NCBI RefSeq assembly: GCF_006345805.1
Contig: NW_021836569.1
Location: 1-38,369 of the forward strand
DNA length: 38,369 nt
DNA from: Octopus sinensis
Taxonomy: Eukaryota
Direction: 5' to 3'
The position numbers were made by a program, and so were the translations under genes. This document shows positions 36,906-38,369 of this stretch, piece by piece. Below the pieces are notes generated by a model. The model was not told the origin of the DNA. It saw only the letters and a list, made by a program, of their open reading frames with translations, and ran no database searches. Numbering within the stretch: position 1 is the first letter of the stretch; each line of letters opens with the position of its first letter.

Positions 36906-37203
36906 TGCCAAAGATCCCAACATCAATATAAAAATACAGGACTAGATACTGCAACAGCTTGGGTTTCAGGGAACCATAGCTTTTAATATCCTTCCTAAAT
37001 GCCTGAGAGACCTGCATGGTGTGGATGTGGGTTTCTTTAAAATTAAGCTCGATCTCTTTTTGTCAGAGGTTCCAGATGAACCTACCTCTCGGCAAGAAAC
37101 ACAGATGCGGGCAGCGGTGTTATACTCCCTTGTTGACCAAGTTCCACGTATCAGAGACGGTTTCACATACTAGTGCAGCACAATCAACGGTGGTGCCCCA
37201 GCA
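36903..37203 (+). mobile_element. CR1/Jockey-group LINE 3' fragment (ORF2 C-terminus plus start of 3' UTR)
   Basis: VPKIPTS...KYRTRYCNSLGFREP*LFNILPKCLRDLHGVDVGFFKIKLDLFLSEVPDEP...RAA..SL matches the GP.LFN.LP..LR...FK..LD.FL...PDEP pattern. Confidence 0.8.
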
Positions 37204-37204
37204 A

Positions 37205-37420
37205 TACCTAAATCTCCACGAGGTTCCGTCAGGGGGTTGTGGCGACCCCTGTTGTACTCTTTCACCCCAACTTTCTCTCACTCTCTCTTCCTGTTTCATG
37301 AGTAACGCTGCGATGGACTGACGTCCCGTCCAGCTGGGGGGAACGCGTACGCCACAGAAACCGTGAAACCGGGCCCATGAGCCTGGCTAGGCTTGAAAAG
37401 GGCGTATAAAATAATAATAA
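37205..37420 (+). mobile_element. 5'-truncated SINE sharing the family C core but with a different 3' tail and (TAA)n end
   Basis: CCTAAATCTCCACGAGGTTCCG...CTGTTGTACTCTTTCACCCCAACTTTCTCTCACTC matches 20838-21223, then continues with GCTGCGATGGACTGACGTCCCGTCCAG...ACAGAAACCG...CCCATGAGCC. Confidence 0.8.
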
Positions 37421-37659
37421 CGACTTATAGCTCGGATTTGCGTGGGGTCGGACCCAACTCTCGGCTCAGACAGATTGTGCGTATGTTCGTTCCACATTGC
37501 TTCAATCCTCGTTTCGATCACGGGAGAAATTAGCCTGAAAGCTGAGCCAGCGGGGTGGCACGATACGATGGATAAAACGATGCAAAATACATAGTAACCA
37601 GCGTTGTGATACGGCATTTAATAATTTCGTCGGTCACGGGATCAGGCGATCACTACCTT

Positions 37660-38130
37660 GTCACATAAGAACGTATACTCGTCTTTCTATGCAGGCTTTC
37701 CGGTTATCTGTTACCTGATTTCTCACCTTTATATCTTCGAAGTTTAATTCTGTCAGCATCCAGTATCTGAGAGTCATTTGTTACAACAGGAAACGTCAAT
37801 TTGCGGATGGCTCAGATAGTATCAATTTACAATTAAGATGAGATTTTTAATATCTTTGTGATTCTCTTAAAATATTCCATTTTCGTTTGCATTCGAAGAC
37901 TCTTCAAACACAACGTTTTGCTCTTATTTATACGCAAATGTTTGCAAATCATAGAATTTTCCATACCTGGAATACAAACACATTCGCTACACCTGTCTGT
38001 TTCCCTCGTTTTATTCTTGGTCGCTTTCGTTTCTCTACTCCAAAGAACACCTTCCATATTCTTGCCAATTTGCATGACAATATCCTGGTGGCTCCAAAGA
38101 TTTGTGTCACCTTTTTGCATAATTCGTCTT
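37660..38130 (-). mobile_element. Old R4/Dong-like LINE fragment
   Basis: Minus strand KMEYFKRITKILK...AIRKLTFPVV...ILD resembles KEYYRRVRLILK...AINTLAVPVV...ILDW. Heavily frameshifted. Confidence 0.5.
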
Positions 38131-38194
38131 TCTAACAAACCTTTGATCCACGCCCTTAATGCAAATATAAGAAATTGTTGGTGTTGTCGGTGTT

Positions 38195-38369
38195 GTTGAC
38201 ACGATTATTGTTCTCGCTGTTGTTGTCGTTGCTGTTGTTGTTGTTGTTCTTGTTCTTGTTCTTCTTCGTCTTCTTCGTCTTCTTCTTCTTCCTCTTCTTC
38301 TTCTTCGTCTTCTTCTTATTCGTCTTCTTCTTCTTCTTCGTCTTCTTCTTATTCGTCTTCTTCTTCTTC
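38195..38369. repeat. (TTG)n/(TTC)n trinucleotide microsatellite
   Basis: Direct repeats running to the window end. Confidence 0.95.

Overview
This 38.4-kb window is AT-rich, microsatellite-dense eukaryotic DNA. It is most likely intronic or intergenic sequence from an octopus (cephalopod), inferred from the SINE families and the (TA)n/(TATC)n/(CATA)n load; I cannot confirm the species. I find no host protein-coding gene that I can support. Nearly all ORFs in the track are simple-repeat translations or pieces of dead transposons. The non-microsatellite sequence is a mosaic of: three tRNA-type SINE families (labelled A, B and C here); remnants of R4/Dong-like RLE LINEs, a Tx1/L1-like LINE, RTE LINEs and a CR1-group LINE; a Penelope-like (RT + GIY-YIG) element; an internally deleted mariner; non-autonomous Helitron-like elements; a MITE; and several local tandem duplications. 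The most interesting layer is RNA structure. A type I hammerhead-ribozyme motif with an intact catalytic core lies at 10727-10821 (-). A minimal variant hammerhead lies at 23977-24012 (-). Several further degenerate hammerhead-like motifs sit in Penelope-type repeats, including a 226-bp tandem unit that resembles a retrozyme. Other notable items: an inverted triplication forming a spacer-less palindrome with 81-bp arms inside a SINE array (34535-34696), a template-switch hairpin in a SINE (36789-36816), a SINE/LINE shared 3' tail, and a possible internally deleted mini-R4 element. All alignments and translations were done by eye, and family names come from remembered protein motifs, not database searches.
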